A stretch of DNA of 64,000 nt from Bacteroidota bacterium (lineage in GTDB: Bacteria > Bacteroidota > Ignavibacteria > SZUA-365): positions 208-64,207 of the forward strand of contig DAOSDL010000009.1 in the NCBI GenBank assembly GCA_035362335.1, in the 5' to 3' direction. The position numbers and the translations under genes are program-made. Below are positions 8,501-17,254 of the stretch, piece after piece. The first letter of the stretch is position 1. The number at the start of each line of letters is the position of its first letter. Below the pieces are notes generated by a model. The model saw only the letters and a list, made by a program, of their open reading frames with translations. It was not told the DNA's origin and did no database searches.

Positions 8501-10830
8501 GAAGAGGGCAATACCGGCTGGCCGCGCAACTCCACCACCCACATCACCACACCGCTATCGCCCGGGAGAATCACCGCACCGTTCGGAAAATCCTTCGACG
8601 CAAAATCCGACGAACCCAGTCGGGCAAAGGATGGCAACTGAATATGCGCACGCGCGCCCGTCATGTTCAGGGCCGACACGTTGCGCACCGTAGTGCTGAT
8701 AAACAGATACGCCGGATCGTAATTCCCCGAGCCGTCGTCGAAGCGCACCACGCGCGTATCTGTGCACAGCATGCGCGCACGCACAGGCGAGGCGGTAATG
8801 AACAGCTCCTGACAACATTCAGCGGTATCGCCTCCCACGGCAACCTTGATACAGAACCGCAACAGGTCCGATGTCGTACGCTCGAGCGGACGCACATACC
8901 ACAGCACGTAGCCGGAGTCGTTGCGCGTCAGCGTACCGGGTGCGACGAAGGTGTTGACCGGCGTGGTACTATCCACGACGAATCCCTGCGGCACATGAAT
9001 CCACGCCGCCACATCCCGCGCTGCGAGGTCACTGTGATTTGTCACGAGCACGCGCACGGGGAAGCGATCGGGAACGAAGGAATTCAGACTGTCACTCCAC
9101 TCGATGCGATTGATAAAATCGCATTCCACGCGGAGCTTCGGATAGGCCTTCTCCACCAGCACTTCGGTGCAGCACCGCGTGATCTGCCCGCTGTCGGGTT
9201 GCACCTCCACGCAAATGGAGAGGCGTCGCTCCCTGTCCGCCGGCAGCATGCGCAAATCGAAGGAGGCGTATTCGGTGGCACCCACCGGGAGTTCGGTGGC
9301 ACTGAGATAAATTTCGTTTGACGGTGAAATCAATTCCACGCCATCAGGGACGTCGATACGCACGCGGGTATTTTTCGCGGTAAGCACACCCGGATTGCGC
9401 ACGGTGACAGAGACGCGGAAGTATCCATTATTGTAGCGTCCCTCGTTGCGATCCCAGGTGATGCGCAAGGTGTCCTCGCACACCGCGCTGAGTTTCGGGC
9501 GTTGAAGAATGGCGACGTTGGTGGTTCGGGCCAGTAGACGGAGGCATTCCACCGTTGTTTTATCGAGGAAAAACGCCGGATACACGAAGCTGGTATCTTT
9601 CGTCAGCGTGCCGGGAGTGGAGTAGCGCAGCACCAGCAGAGTATCGCGATTTCCGCTGAGTGCAAGCGGTCCGGTAAGTTCGCAGATCACCGAATCCACC
9701 ACCCGACCAAAAATTGCAGTCATCTTCTCGGCCACATACCCTGTGGTCACAATACCCTTGTACTGCAGCGGTGCGCGTTCGAGTACTTTGAAGTTGAGAT
9801 GATTCAGCGTGGCACCCGCCGGTCCTTCGATCATCACGGGTATGCGCATCTCGCCGCCGGCATAAGCGAAGGTGGAGTCGAATGACACTTTGATGTCCGG
9901 TACCGAAGGATGATGCGGCGTACGGAAGCGTACCTCGGCGGTATCGGCCACACCACAGGCCTCGGCGATCACCCGCAACTCGCGCATCGATCCATCCGGA
10001 CAATCGGAGGTGTAATTCATGCGGCAATCGTTTGCACCGCCGGTAATCAGGGACATGATCGAAGTGAAGGCCGGCACGATATCGTCCGGATGATTGAGTT
10101 CGATGTACATGCCACCAGTTTGGTCCGCGATCATGCGCATCACATCGAGATCGGCGTTGTCGTCGACATAAGAAAGGCCGAGGCAATACACCGGAATCCC
10201 GGTACTTACTGATCGCAGAATCACGTCCTGGGCAGTAGCGATACTGTTGTTGTCTCCTCCGTCGGAGAGCAACACCACTGCCTTGATTGGATTACTCGCA
10301 TTGGCCGCCACTTCGTTGATGCCCGCGATGACGGCGTCGAACATCGTGGTGACGCCGTAGGGATAAATGTTGCGAATGGCGTCGAACAGCAGGGCGATGT
10401 TGGAGGTCATGCCCTGATGCATGGTGACGTTGTCCCCGAAACTGAAAATCGCCCCTTCGTCGCTGCCGGTTGTGTGATGCTGAAACATTTCCACAAACTT
10501 CCATGCGGCGTCGCGTATGCGAAAGATGCTGGTGCCCGCCACCGAGCCACTGCGATCCAGCACCAGAGCCACGGACATGGGTACAGTTTGCTGCGGGCAG
10601 GTCAAGGATTGCAGCGTGCGCAGTTGACCGTTTTCATAGATGCGCACAGTGAGCTGATTGCCGATGCCGACTTGCTGCCCGCCGCAAAAAGCGCGCACGT
10701 GCACATTGACGGAGGGAAAATTCTGCGTATCCACATGGAGGATGCGGACCTCATTGCCGATTTGTGCCTCGACGAGCACAGGCGGCAGGAACAGCAGGAG
10801 GAGTACGACATACGGGAGCAATCGACTCAT
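5560..10830 (-). CDS. Giant secreted adhesin-like protein: N-terminal VWA domain, ~9 DUF11/CARDB-like repeats, C-terminal T9SS sorting domain
   Basis: Signal peptide MSRLLPYVVLLLLFLPPVLVEAQ. VWA motif VALVLDRSGSV. Repeats show V(R/T)N.G...A....LP.G and end in CC/C motifs. C-terminus SGVYITRLRSGSYVRMISMVLAK. Confidence 0.8.
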   Translation of the reverse strand: MSRLLPYVVLLLLFLPPVLVEAQIGNEVRILHVDTQNFPSVNVHVRAFCGGQQVGIGNQLTVRIYENGQLRTLQSLTCPQQTVPMSVALVLDRSGSVAGTSIFRIRDAAWKFVEMFQHHTTGSDEGAIFSFGDNVTMHQGMTSNIALLFDAIRNIYPYGVTTMFDAVIAGINEVAANASNPIKAVVLLSDGGDNNSIATAQDVILRSVSTGIPVYCLGLSYVDDNADLDVMRMIADQTGGMYIELNHPDDIVPAFTSIMSLITGGANDCRMNYTSDCPDGSMRELRVIAEACGVADTAEVRFRTPHHPSVPDIKVSFDSTFAYAGGEMRIPVMIEGPAGATLNHLNFKVLERAPLQYKGIVTTGYVAEKMTAIFGRVVDSVICELTGPLALSGNRDTLLVLRYSTPGTLTKDTSFVYPAFFLDKTTVECLRLLARTTNVAILQRPKLSAVCEDTLRITWDRNEGRYNNGYFRVSVTVRNPGVLTAKNTRVRIDVPDGVELISPSNEIYLSATELPVGATEYASFDLRMLPADRERRLSICVEVQPDSGQITRCCTEVLVEKAYPKLRVECDFINRIEWSDSLNSFVPDRFPVRVLVTNHSDLAARDVAAWIHVPQGFVVDSTTPVNTFVAPGTLTRNDSGYVLWYVRPLERTTSDLLRFCIKVAVGGDTAECCQELFITASPVRARMLCTDTRVVRFDDGSGNYDPAYLFISTTVRNVSALNMTGARAHIQLPSFARLGSSDFASKDFPNGAVILPGDSGVVMWVVELRGQPVLPSSICVNVTAENFAGAQCCTPLDVIVDNAIPSLACTVEGPDTVRYIDGAYDPNPMTVRVRVTNNGTTPAKGVTAALLQGEDLSIDGSDQPFKLLSDSLAAGASVEGSFRLRVLDRDNARHDTVKITVFAANGGGTLCAKRMFIEAVKGPVLELACAGPDSLHFVDSLAGYMPEPFLVSVDVRNIGTALADSVVAEILPPPDMTMATGEQAAKMLLPSTLAVGETGNARWWLRATPRSVARMDTVLVQVKAKGKTLQQTAPCPVEIHIPAARMPQLRLSCELLKQAGEDDTVVISAVLRNVGSASAYQGNLRIEVPQRLRLTAETPLPVIDVGVLAPGAQFTATWKAVVQRGMQVDSVAVCIESAARGLAPERCCTMVRIPALEEASFDVQCALDMDTLRVDEQSGLYPLLTVSARIGNPSPVMLDSVVATLQLPQGAQLESGEQLDIVLRNIAAGTSANAIWHVRMLVDTATVPRSRIFRVRAYAGGDLQQCTASVTLMPAPPQPTGFVVRCDAPDTLWFIGASQGYRPAPFSFTVEIQNTGSTTLRGIRATLSLPSIASVEAGESYTKPLGVDLAPGEIATIGWLLRAAPQSASTILRPVVTVTADAASSRQCGSDILLHHPPIVDSASLAIDCDIPDTIRYDAGSDTYVPSPFTVTVRIHNNGNRTLTGISGMLMLPANITLNTGETPVKVLGVDLQPGATGVLSFTCVPSGGDDDVLSTIRCIVNSDQTSSVECAQSILVQSRLLVVLLSMPQDIVGMMGREVTVPVRFSNPRRALLRRMSMRIDVDPAAVRILEVKKEGALAAGWPLAMNETATGVTIDGASGTPIVDDGVLFSLRCLLLPQKGRDGAFGVFRYPVLFAGTPDFGPGIAVVYSDGLITVSGDCIEPLKSDLFLRQNAPNPFNPVTVIEYVVSDALTGMPGVLEVLDMHGRVVRVLHDGPLQEGTHRVHFDGSALPSGVYITRLRSGSYVRMISMVLAK

Positions 10831-10887
10831 ACCTTCCTCGAAGAGGTTAATCGACAACAGAATCAGGTGTACAAGGCCGGGCGTTGG

Positions 10888-12243
10888 TCAACGCTCCGGG
10901 CTTTCGTGCGTGACCTTCGGCCATTCGCGCACGCCTTCGGCATCGACGGTGGAAAGAATGAGCGCCGGATGTTCCGGAATTCCATCCGCGATACGAAACG
11001 CGGCGGTGGCGCGCTCGCGAAACGCGACGAGGCTCTCTACTGTCGACGAGCAGAGTCGACACAGTGCTTCGTCCTCAGCGACAGCATCACCGCGTTTTTT
11101 CAATACAATGATGCCCGCAGTGTGATCGACCATGTCGCTCGAACGCCGTCTGCCTGCACCGATTTCCGTCGCGATCATACCAAGCGTACGAGCGTTGATC
11201 CCTTGCACCACTCCAGATCGCGGCGCGGGCACGTCCACCATGGAGCGGGGATTCGGGTAACGGAGAGTATCCTCCACCATGGTCACATCACCACCTTGAG
11301 CGCGGACGAGTGCTAGCCAGCGTTCCCACGCAAGACCCGAACGCACGGTTTCGCGGGCAATCGCCATACCTTCCTCAACGCTTTGGGCCTTCCGTCCTTC
11401 ATGGAGCATCACTCCTGCGAGAGCGTAGGTCACCTCCATGAGATCGGGACTTGAGCGGCCTTGCAGGCAATCCACCACTTCCACTACTTCCAGCCATGAG
11501 CCGATAGCGCGGCCGAGAGGTTCGCTCATATCCGTGATCAGGGCGGTCGTGGTCAGACCGAAGTGCCCGCCGACACGGACCAGCAGACGAGCAAGCTCCT
11601 CCGCCTCTTCCCGTCGTTGCATGAAGGCGCCTTCGCCGGTTTTGACATCGAGCACCAGCGCATCCGCGCCGGTTACGATTTTCTTGCTCATGATACTCGC
11701 CGCAATGAACGGCAAAATCTCCACCGTGGCGGTCACGTCGCGTAGCGCGTACATCCTTTTGTCCAGCGGAACCAGTCCCTCGCTTTGGCCTGCGAGCACT
11801 GCACCAGTTTGATCGAGTATGCGCAGAAACTCCGATGAACCCAGTGTGGTACGGAAGCCTGGAATACTCTCCAGTTTGTCCAGTGTTCCACCGGTGTGTC
11901 CCAATGCTCGACCAGACATCATCGGCACTCGCACACCCGCCGCCGCGACGATAGGTGCCAGCAACAGCGAGGTTTTGTCCCCCACACCGCCGGTGGAGTG
12001 CTTGTCCACCTTCCGGCCCTGTACGCTTGATAAATCCAGCCGTGTACCGGAATCGATGAACAGTTGCGTAAGCAGCAACGCCTCCTGCTCGTCGGGAGGA
12101 TGGAAGTAACTGGCCATGAGAAACGCGGCCATCTGATAGTCCGCAACCTCCCCTGCCAGATATCCGGCAAAGAATTCACGCAGCTCGTCCGACGACAGTG
12201 TCAGTCCGTCACGCCGTTTTCGAATGGTTTCTTGTGGAAGCAT
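10888..12243 (-). CDS. Thymidine/pyrimidine-nucleoside phosphorylase
   Basis: KHSTGGVGDKTSL motif and glycosyltransferase family 3 architecture. 451 aa. Confidence 0.85.
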   Translation of the reverse strand: MLPQETIRKRRDGLTLSSDELREFFAGYLAGEVADYQMAAFLMASYFHPPDEQEALLLTQLFIDSGTRLDLSSVQGRKVDKHSTGGVGDKTSLLLAPIVAAAGVRVPMMSGRALGHTGGTLDKLESIPGFRTTLGSSEFLRILDQTGAVLAGQSEGLVPLDKRMYALRDVTATVEILPFIAASIMSKKIVTGADALVLDVKTGEGAFMQRREEAEELARLLVRVGGHFGLTTTALITDMSEPLGRAIGSWLEVVEVVDCLQGRSSPDLMEVTYALAGVMLHEGRKAQSVEEGMAIARETVRSGLAWERWLALVRAQGGDVTMVEDTLRYPNPRSMVDVPAPRSGVVQGINARTLGMIATEIGAGRRRSSDMVDHTAGIIVLKKRGDAVAEDEALCRLCSSTVESLVAFRERATAAFRIADGIPEHPALILSTVDAEGVREWPKVTHESPER

Positions 12244-12574
12244 CTCTCACATCGCCTATAACGTTTCATGGTAAGAAAACTCCCCTCAATATGCAATGGA
12301 CATCGTGCAGCCCGAAGCCGCCCGGTCCGCCGGGCCGCACGGCATGCCGCGAAGATTCGGTGACTCGTAATGACGATACCATCGGATGGATATCGCTCGT
12401 GAGGCCGTTCGCGCGTCATGCGCACCGCCTCGCCGTTTCACAACCACGAGGTGCGATCGACCCAGCCTTCCCCAGGTGGCAAGCCCTGAGCGCATACAGA
12501 AGTGCATTGCGGGATTCGAACGTCCTGGATATGTTGCACGTTCCATTTCACTTTCATCCATTAGTTGGGAGCTA

Positions 12575-13399
12575 ATGATGCAACTTGAGATACCCTATCG
12601 GCACGCGCGCGCGCGCGGCCACAACTACTCCGAACCCGGCACCTACTGCCTGCGACTCGAAACCGCAGGCGAAGAGGCGTTGTTCGGCGAGGACGGCGAC
12701 GGCGGGCTGCGGCTCAACGCCTTCGCGGAAATCGCCTTCGAGAAGCTCGCCCTCGCCGTGCAGCGTTACCCCTGTCTGCGCCTGGACGCAGCGCGCTTCA
12801 CGCCCGACGCGCTTGAAATCCTTGTGACCATTACCGAGTACCGCAATCACAAGGCGGAGAATCCGGAGCTGTGGGGAAATCGCCTTCGCGCGCGTCGTCT
12901 GATGACCATCCCCATGTTCGTGGGCTTTCTGAAAATGAACAGCGCCCGAGCCATCAACACCGCGCGCGGCACACGTGGACGCGCCGTGTGGAAACGGCGT
13001 TACCACGATTGCATCGTCGCGGAGGCTGGAGAAATCCAGAATATCCGCTGCGCATTCAACGCTGCGATGCAGCGTACGCAGCTCACGCGCGACAAGGCGA
13101 ATCCCTCGGTGCGCAATCTGCGCACCGTGCTGAACGAGGCCTTTGCGCTGTTCGGTGAGGATCACGCCCGGGCACCGCGGTCCGAGGCGCAGCCAACCTC
13201 CGGATTGCTCATGCTCGGCCGCGCGGTGTTCCTGCGAGACACCGTACTGAGATCGCCATCCATGGTTTCGGCATCGTCTCGAACTGGTAAGGGGAAAAAG
13301 AAGCGATCCCCCACGGTAACGGAAATGGTGGACGCCTCGCTGGCGATGCTGCACACCGTGGATCCGGAGGCGATGTTGCTATCGATGGCGCCGGGGTAG
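12575..13399 (+). CDS. IS200/IS605-like (RAYT-like) Y1-transposase-fold protein with degenerate HuH motif. Possibly domesticated.
   Basis: Aligns by eye to IS200 TnpA. GTYCLRLETAG..ALFG matches the YHIVF..AFYG strand. PDALEILVTI replaces the HuH segment (both His lost). FVGFLKMNSARAIN and AVWKRRYHDCIV match FMGYLKGKSSLMLY and FWCRGYYVDTV (catalytic-Tyr region kept). RBS GGAG lies upstream of the ATG at 12575. Confidence 0.5.
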   Translation: MMQLEIPYRHARARGHNYSEPGTYCLRLETAGEEALFGEDGDGGLRLNAFAEIAFEKLALAVQRYPCLRLDAARFTPDALEILVTITEYRNHKAENPELWGNRLRARRLMTIPMFVGFLKMNSARAINTARGTRGRAVWKRRYHDCIVAEAGEIQNIRCAFNAAMQRTQLTRDKANPSVRNLRTVLNEAFALFGEDHARAPRSEAQPTSGLLMLGRAVFLRDTVLRSPSMVSASSRTGKGKKKRSPTVTEMVDASLAMLHTVDPEAMLLSMAPG

Positions 13400-13664
13400 T
13401 GCATCAGGATATAGGACGGGATGGTCCGCGATAGGCCGTCGCATCCGCTTGCTGTAATCGATTGATTTCCGAGTGAGGTCCGAAGCGCCCCGCGGCGATT
13501 CGCGGGAGAGCTATGCGCGGAGGCGGAGGATTTGGGACGTGGGAGTGGTTTTTCCGAGGTTGTCGCGGACGTTCAGCGATTTCGGAGCTTACGGTATTGT
13601 GAAATTCGGGGAAATCGGCTGGGGGGCGGGGCGGTCGAGGGCTGAGATTGCGGGTTCGGGGTGG

Positions 13665-14270
13665 GGATTTGGCTATTCACTGAATAACCCATGCCCGGAT
13701 CGGGAGGCGGCGCGGTCGGCCCGGATTTGGCTATTCACTGAATATCTCAGCCGGGCCGGGGTGCACGGAGACCAGGGTCTGGATTTGGCTATTCACTGAA
13801 TAACCCTGGCCTTGCGACGGGAGGTGGCGCTGTCGGTCCGGATTTGGCTATTCACTGAATAACCCTGGCCTTTGGACGGGAGATGGCGCTGTCGGTCCGG
13901 ATTTGGCTATTCACTGAATAACCCTGGCCTTGGGAGGGGAGGCGGCGCGGTCGGCCCGGATTTGGCTATTCACTGAATATCTCAGCCGGGCCGGGGTGCA
14001 CGGAGACCAGGGTCTGGATTTGGCTATTCACTGAATAACCCTGGCCTTGCGACGGGAGGTGGCGCTGTCGGTCCGGATTTGGCTATTCACTGAATCACCC
14101 ACGCCCTGAGCGGAAGGCTGTGCGGTCGACCCGGATTTGGCTATTCACTCAATATCTCAGCCGGACCGGGGTGCGCGGAGACCAGGGTCTGGATTTGGCT
14201 ATTCACTGAATATGTCAGCTGGCGATGCCCGCGCCGAGTCCTGGTTCCGAGCTTGGCTATTCACTGAATC
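13665..14270. repeat. Tandem array 2: 11 copies of a 58-59-bp unit with core GGATTTGGCTATTCACTGAAT(A/C) and recurrent ~37-bp spacers
   Basis: Core starts at 13669, 13727, 13785, 13844, 13903, 13962, 14020, 14079, 14137, 14195, 14254. Spacer families recur (S2=S6~S9; S3~S4~S5~S7). Confidence 0.85.
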
Positions 14271-14315
14271 ACCCACGCCCTGAGAAGGGTCACGCCTCAC
14301 CCGCGCTTCCACGAT

Positions 14316-14360
14316 TCATCTGTGCTAATCTGTGTAAAATCTGTGCAATCTGTGGTTTTG
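14316..14360. promoter_or_regulatory. Four helically phased ATCTGTG heptamers (iteron-like putative protein-binding array)
   Basis: tcATCTGTGctaATCTGTGtaaaATCTGTGcaATCTGTGg with 9-11-bp spacing. Confidence 0.3.
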
Positions 14361-14525
14361 AAACTCTGCTGATCCGCTCCGACAGTAATCATGGCACACG
14401 CACCATGTTCATTCTCCCGGGTGTGACGAAGGAACATGAAAGACTGTGGTTCCCCCCCCGCAATCCCAACCACGGTCATTGCGCCTTTGCGGCAACGCGT
14501 CTCATTCCCCGCTGCGCTCCCGCAA

Positions 14526-14978
14526 CTATTCCAACTCCATGTCGATGCGCTCGCTCAGTAACACCTTCCCCGCTGCATCAAAACGTACAAGCAGTGCGTC
14601 CGCGTCACTCTCCAGCGTGGCTTCGTAGTAACTGCCGCCTGCGGGTTCCTCCACCTTCATCACATCGTACATCTCGTAAGAGGAGTACTTCCTCGCAACA
14701 GTGGCATGAATCGGCTGCGGGACGTCCGACTGATCGAGATAGATGAGCGTTCCCAGCCACATACCCTTCTCGTCGTAACGCGAACTCAATTCCAACGCGC
14801 CAAGCATGAAGGTGGCGACGAACTCGCCCTCCTCCGTGGCATCCCAAATCACCGCCTCCGCCTTGGGATAGCGCAAGTTCTGCGCCTCCTGCACCGGAAC
14901 AGGTATCTCGATCTGCTGCGCCATCAGCGTGAGAACAAGAGAGAAAAAAAGGGCGAGACTGAATGTGAGCTGTTTCAT
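14526..14978 (-). CDS. Secreted PepSY-like/BLIP-like small protein (hypothetical)
   Basis: Signal peptide MKQLTFSLALFFSLVLTLMAQQ. ~150 aa two-lobed pattern. Confidence 0.45.
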   Translation of the reverse strand: MKQLTFSLALFFSLVLTLMAQQIEIPVPVQEAQNLRYPKAEAVIWDATEEGEFVATFMLGALELSSRYDEKGMWLGTLIYLDQSDVPQPIHATVARKYSSYEMYDVMKVEEPAGGSYYEATLESDADALLVRFDAAGKVLLSERIDMELE

Positions 14979-15464
14979 GGCTGTGCGTATGTATGGAATC
15001 GGCGCGCGCGGGAGAACGGCGTGATGATTTTCATCCGATCCTTTTCTGTTTCGTAATCAGACGCACTGCCCCCGCGCCCGGCCTCCGCGTTCGCGTGACC
15101 GGCATGCAAATATAGATGAGCGAACGCGGCACTATCAAGAGCACCACGCGTGGAGCCAATGTTTACAGGGGGAAAAATCGTTACCACACCGAACCGCATC
15201 CGCATTGCGATTTGCATCGCGCCTTCCCAGCACCTTCGTGGCAGGCATGCGCTGTTCGCAGCATCCCGGCGTATGGAAATGGTGTCGTGCAAAAGATTGG
15301 ACTTTACACATCACCACAAAACCAACAATGGAAATTTCAAAGAATCTAGTTAGAGAAGACCAGGTTGAAGATCGATGATCCTCAGTGGAGAGGCGACAAG
15401 AGGGATCATCCACAGAACCTTTTCCCGTTCAACTCCCCGCACCGTGTACGGGATCTTCACCACT

Positions 15465-16766
15465 TCACGAGTGCGACGACTTCGCGCGTATTTCCGCTTC
15501 CAACTCCGCACGAAAACGCTCGATCGTAAAGCGCACGGGCCAGGCCGCGGCATCGCCGAGGGCGCATACCGTGTTGCCCTCGATGTTGCTCGCCACGCTG
15601 TGTAGCAAATCCAGATCGGCCGAAGCACCGTCTCCATGCTCGAGGCGATGCAGCACCTTGAGCATCCAGCCGGTGCCTTCCCGGCAAGGCGTGCACTGGC
15701 CGCAGGATTCCACTTTGTAAAAATGGGTGATACGCGTCAACACGCGCGTGAGATCGGTATCCTCATCCATCACCATGATGCCGGCGGTGCCGATGGCCGA
15801 ACCCACCTCCTTGAGGGAATCGGCATCCATGCGCACGCCTTCGAGCTGGTCGCCGCGAAGCGGCGGCATGGACGAGCCCCCGGGGATCACCATTTTGATG
15901 CGCTTGCCGCCCGGTACTCCACCCGCTACCTCGTGAATCAGCTCGGTGAGCAACATTCCCGTGGGCAACTCATACACGCCGGGCTTGTTCACGTGTCCGC
16001 TGATGCCATACAGTATCGGACCAGGATGCTTCTCCGCGCCAATGGCTTTGAACCAATCTGGACCGCGATCAATGATCACCGGCACGTTCGCGATGGTTTC
16101 CACATTGTTGATCGTGGTCGGACAACCCCAGAGACCGTACTGCGCGGGGAACGGTGGCTTGACTCGCGGATAGGGTCGCTTGCCCTCGATGGAATTCATC
16201 AGCGACGACTCTTCGCCGCAAATGTACGCGCCTGCGCCGCGGTGCACATAAATATCCATGGCGAAATCGGTGCCAAAGGTCTGTTTCATCCGCTCGCCGA
16301 TGTACCCCCGCTCGTAAGCGTCCTTCACCGCCGCCTCGACCATGCGCACCCAGGTTTCGTACTCGCCGCGAATGTAAATGTACGCCGCACGCAACCCCAA
16401 TGCCCAACCCGCGATGAGTATGCCCTCGATCATGAGATGCGGATTGAACTCGAAAATCTGGCGATCCTTGAACGACCCGGGCTCCGACTCGTCGCCATTC
16501 ACACAGAGATACTTGGGCTTGTCTGTCTCCTTGGGCATGAACGACCACTTGAGCCCGGTGGGAAACGCCGCGCCACCGCGTCCGCGCAGACCCGAGGCCT
16601 TCACGACATTGATCACCTCGTCGGGTGTCATGCCTATGGCCTTGCGAATATGCTGATACCCCCGGTGCTGCTCGTACACATCGATGCGGTGCAGGTCGGG
16701 AATGGAAGGAAGAATGACGGGCTGGTAATCGATCATGGCGTTCGCGCGCTTCATGGCCGGGGTCAC
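15465..16766 (-). CDS. nuoF: NADH-quinone oxidoreductase subunit F
   Basis: GGAAFPTGLKWSF motif for NADH/FMN binding and 4Fe-4S cysteine motif CGQCTPCREG. Confidence 0.9.
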   Translation of the reverse strand: MTPAMKRANAMIDYQPVILPSIPDLHRIDVYEQHRGYQHIRKAIGMTPDEVINVVKASGLRGRGGAAFPTGLKWSFMPKETDKPKYLCVNGDESEPGSFKDRQIFEFNPHLMIEGILIAGWALGLRAAYIYIRGEYETWVRMVEAAVKDAYERGYIGERMKQTFGTDFAMDIYVHRGAGAYICGEESSLMNSIEGKRPYPRVKPPFPAQYGLWGCPTTINNVETIANVPVIIDRGPDWFKAIGAEKHPGPILYGISGHVNKPGVYELPTGMLLTELIHEVAGGVPGGKRIKMVIPGGSSMPPLRGDQLEGVRMDADSLKEVGSAIGTAGIMVMDEDTDLTRVLTRITHFYKVESCGQCTPCREGTGWMLKVLHRLEHGDGASADLDLLHSVASNIEGNTVCALGDAAAWPVRFTIERFRAELEAEIRAKSSHS

Positions 16767-17242
16767 GCCCGGGCCTTCAGATTATCGATGAGTGCATTGA
16801 TGGATTCAGGTGTCAGCTTCTCGTGGTATTCCTTGTTCACCGAGACCACCGGAGCGGTGCCGCAGGAACCGAGGCATTCCACTTCGTGCACGGAGAACAG
16901 TCCGTCGGCCGTGGTCTCGCCGATGCCGATGCCGATCTTGTCTTTGATCGTCTTCAACACCATATCGGATCCGCACAACAGGCAGGAGACATTTGTACAC
17001 ACCTGCAGCTTGTACTTGCCCGTCGGGTGCTGATGGTACATTTCGTAAAATGTCACCACACCTAGCACATTCTCTTCGGGAATGTCGAGCAGCTTCGCCA
17101 CCGAGGTGATGGCTTCGTCGGAAATGTAGCCGTATTTGTCCTGCACCATGTGCAGCACACCCATCACCGCGGCCAAATTGGTCGGGTAGTGGGACCGGAT
17201 TTCCTGAACCTGTTGCAGTTCTTCTTCTGTGAACATGGGCAT
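16763..17242 (-). CDS. nuoE: NADH-quinone oxidoreductase subunit E (24 kDa)
   Basis: 2Fe-2S cysteine motif CLGSCGTAP. 4-nt overlap with nuoF. Confidence 0.9.
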   Translation of the reverse strand: MPMFTEEELQQVQEIRSHYPTNLAAVMGVLHMVQDKYGYISDEAITSVAKLLDIPEENVLGVVTFYEMYHQHPTGKYKLQVCTNVSCLLCGSDMVLKTIKDKIGIGIGETTADGLFSVHEVECLGSCGTAPVVSVNKEYHEKLTPESINALIDNLKARA

Positions 17243-17254
17243 GTACGAGTATGG

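Noticed and set aside
4978-9321. Long plus-strand ORFs (4978-6309, 7120-9321, 7094-7591 and others) opposite the giant adhesin gene
   Set aside because: They are antisense to a well-supported 1,756-aa CDS. Their composition is Arg/His/Gly-rich junk typical of high-GC antisense frames, and they have no motifs.
12470-12560. Possible tRNA (GGGATTCGAACG T-loop-like motif)
   Set aside because: I could not build a consistent T-stem/acceptor stem on either strand by eye. Needs tRNAscan-SE and is not reported as a feature.
12572-13354. 260-aa minus-strand ORF overlapping the IS200-like gene
   Set aside because: The plus-strand frame shows a coherent IS200/RAYT fold alignment and an RBS. The minus frame is low-complexity Arg/Gly/His-rich.
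15350-15464. Hairpin GATGATCC-N21-GGATCATC after nuoF as terminator
   Set aside because: The loop is long (21 nt) and there is no U-tract following on the transcript strand. Weak support only.
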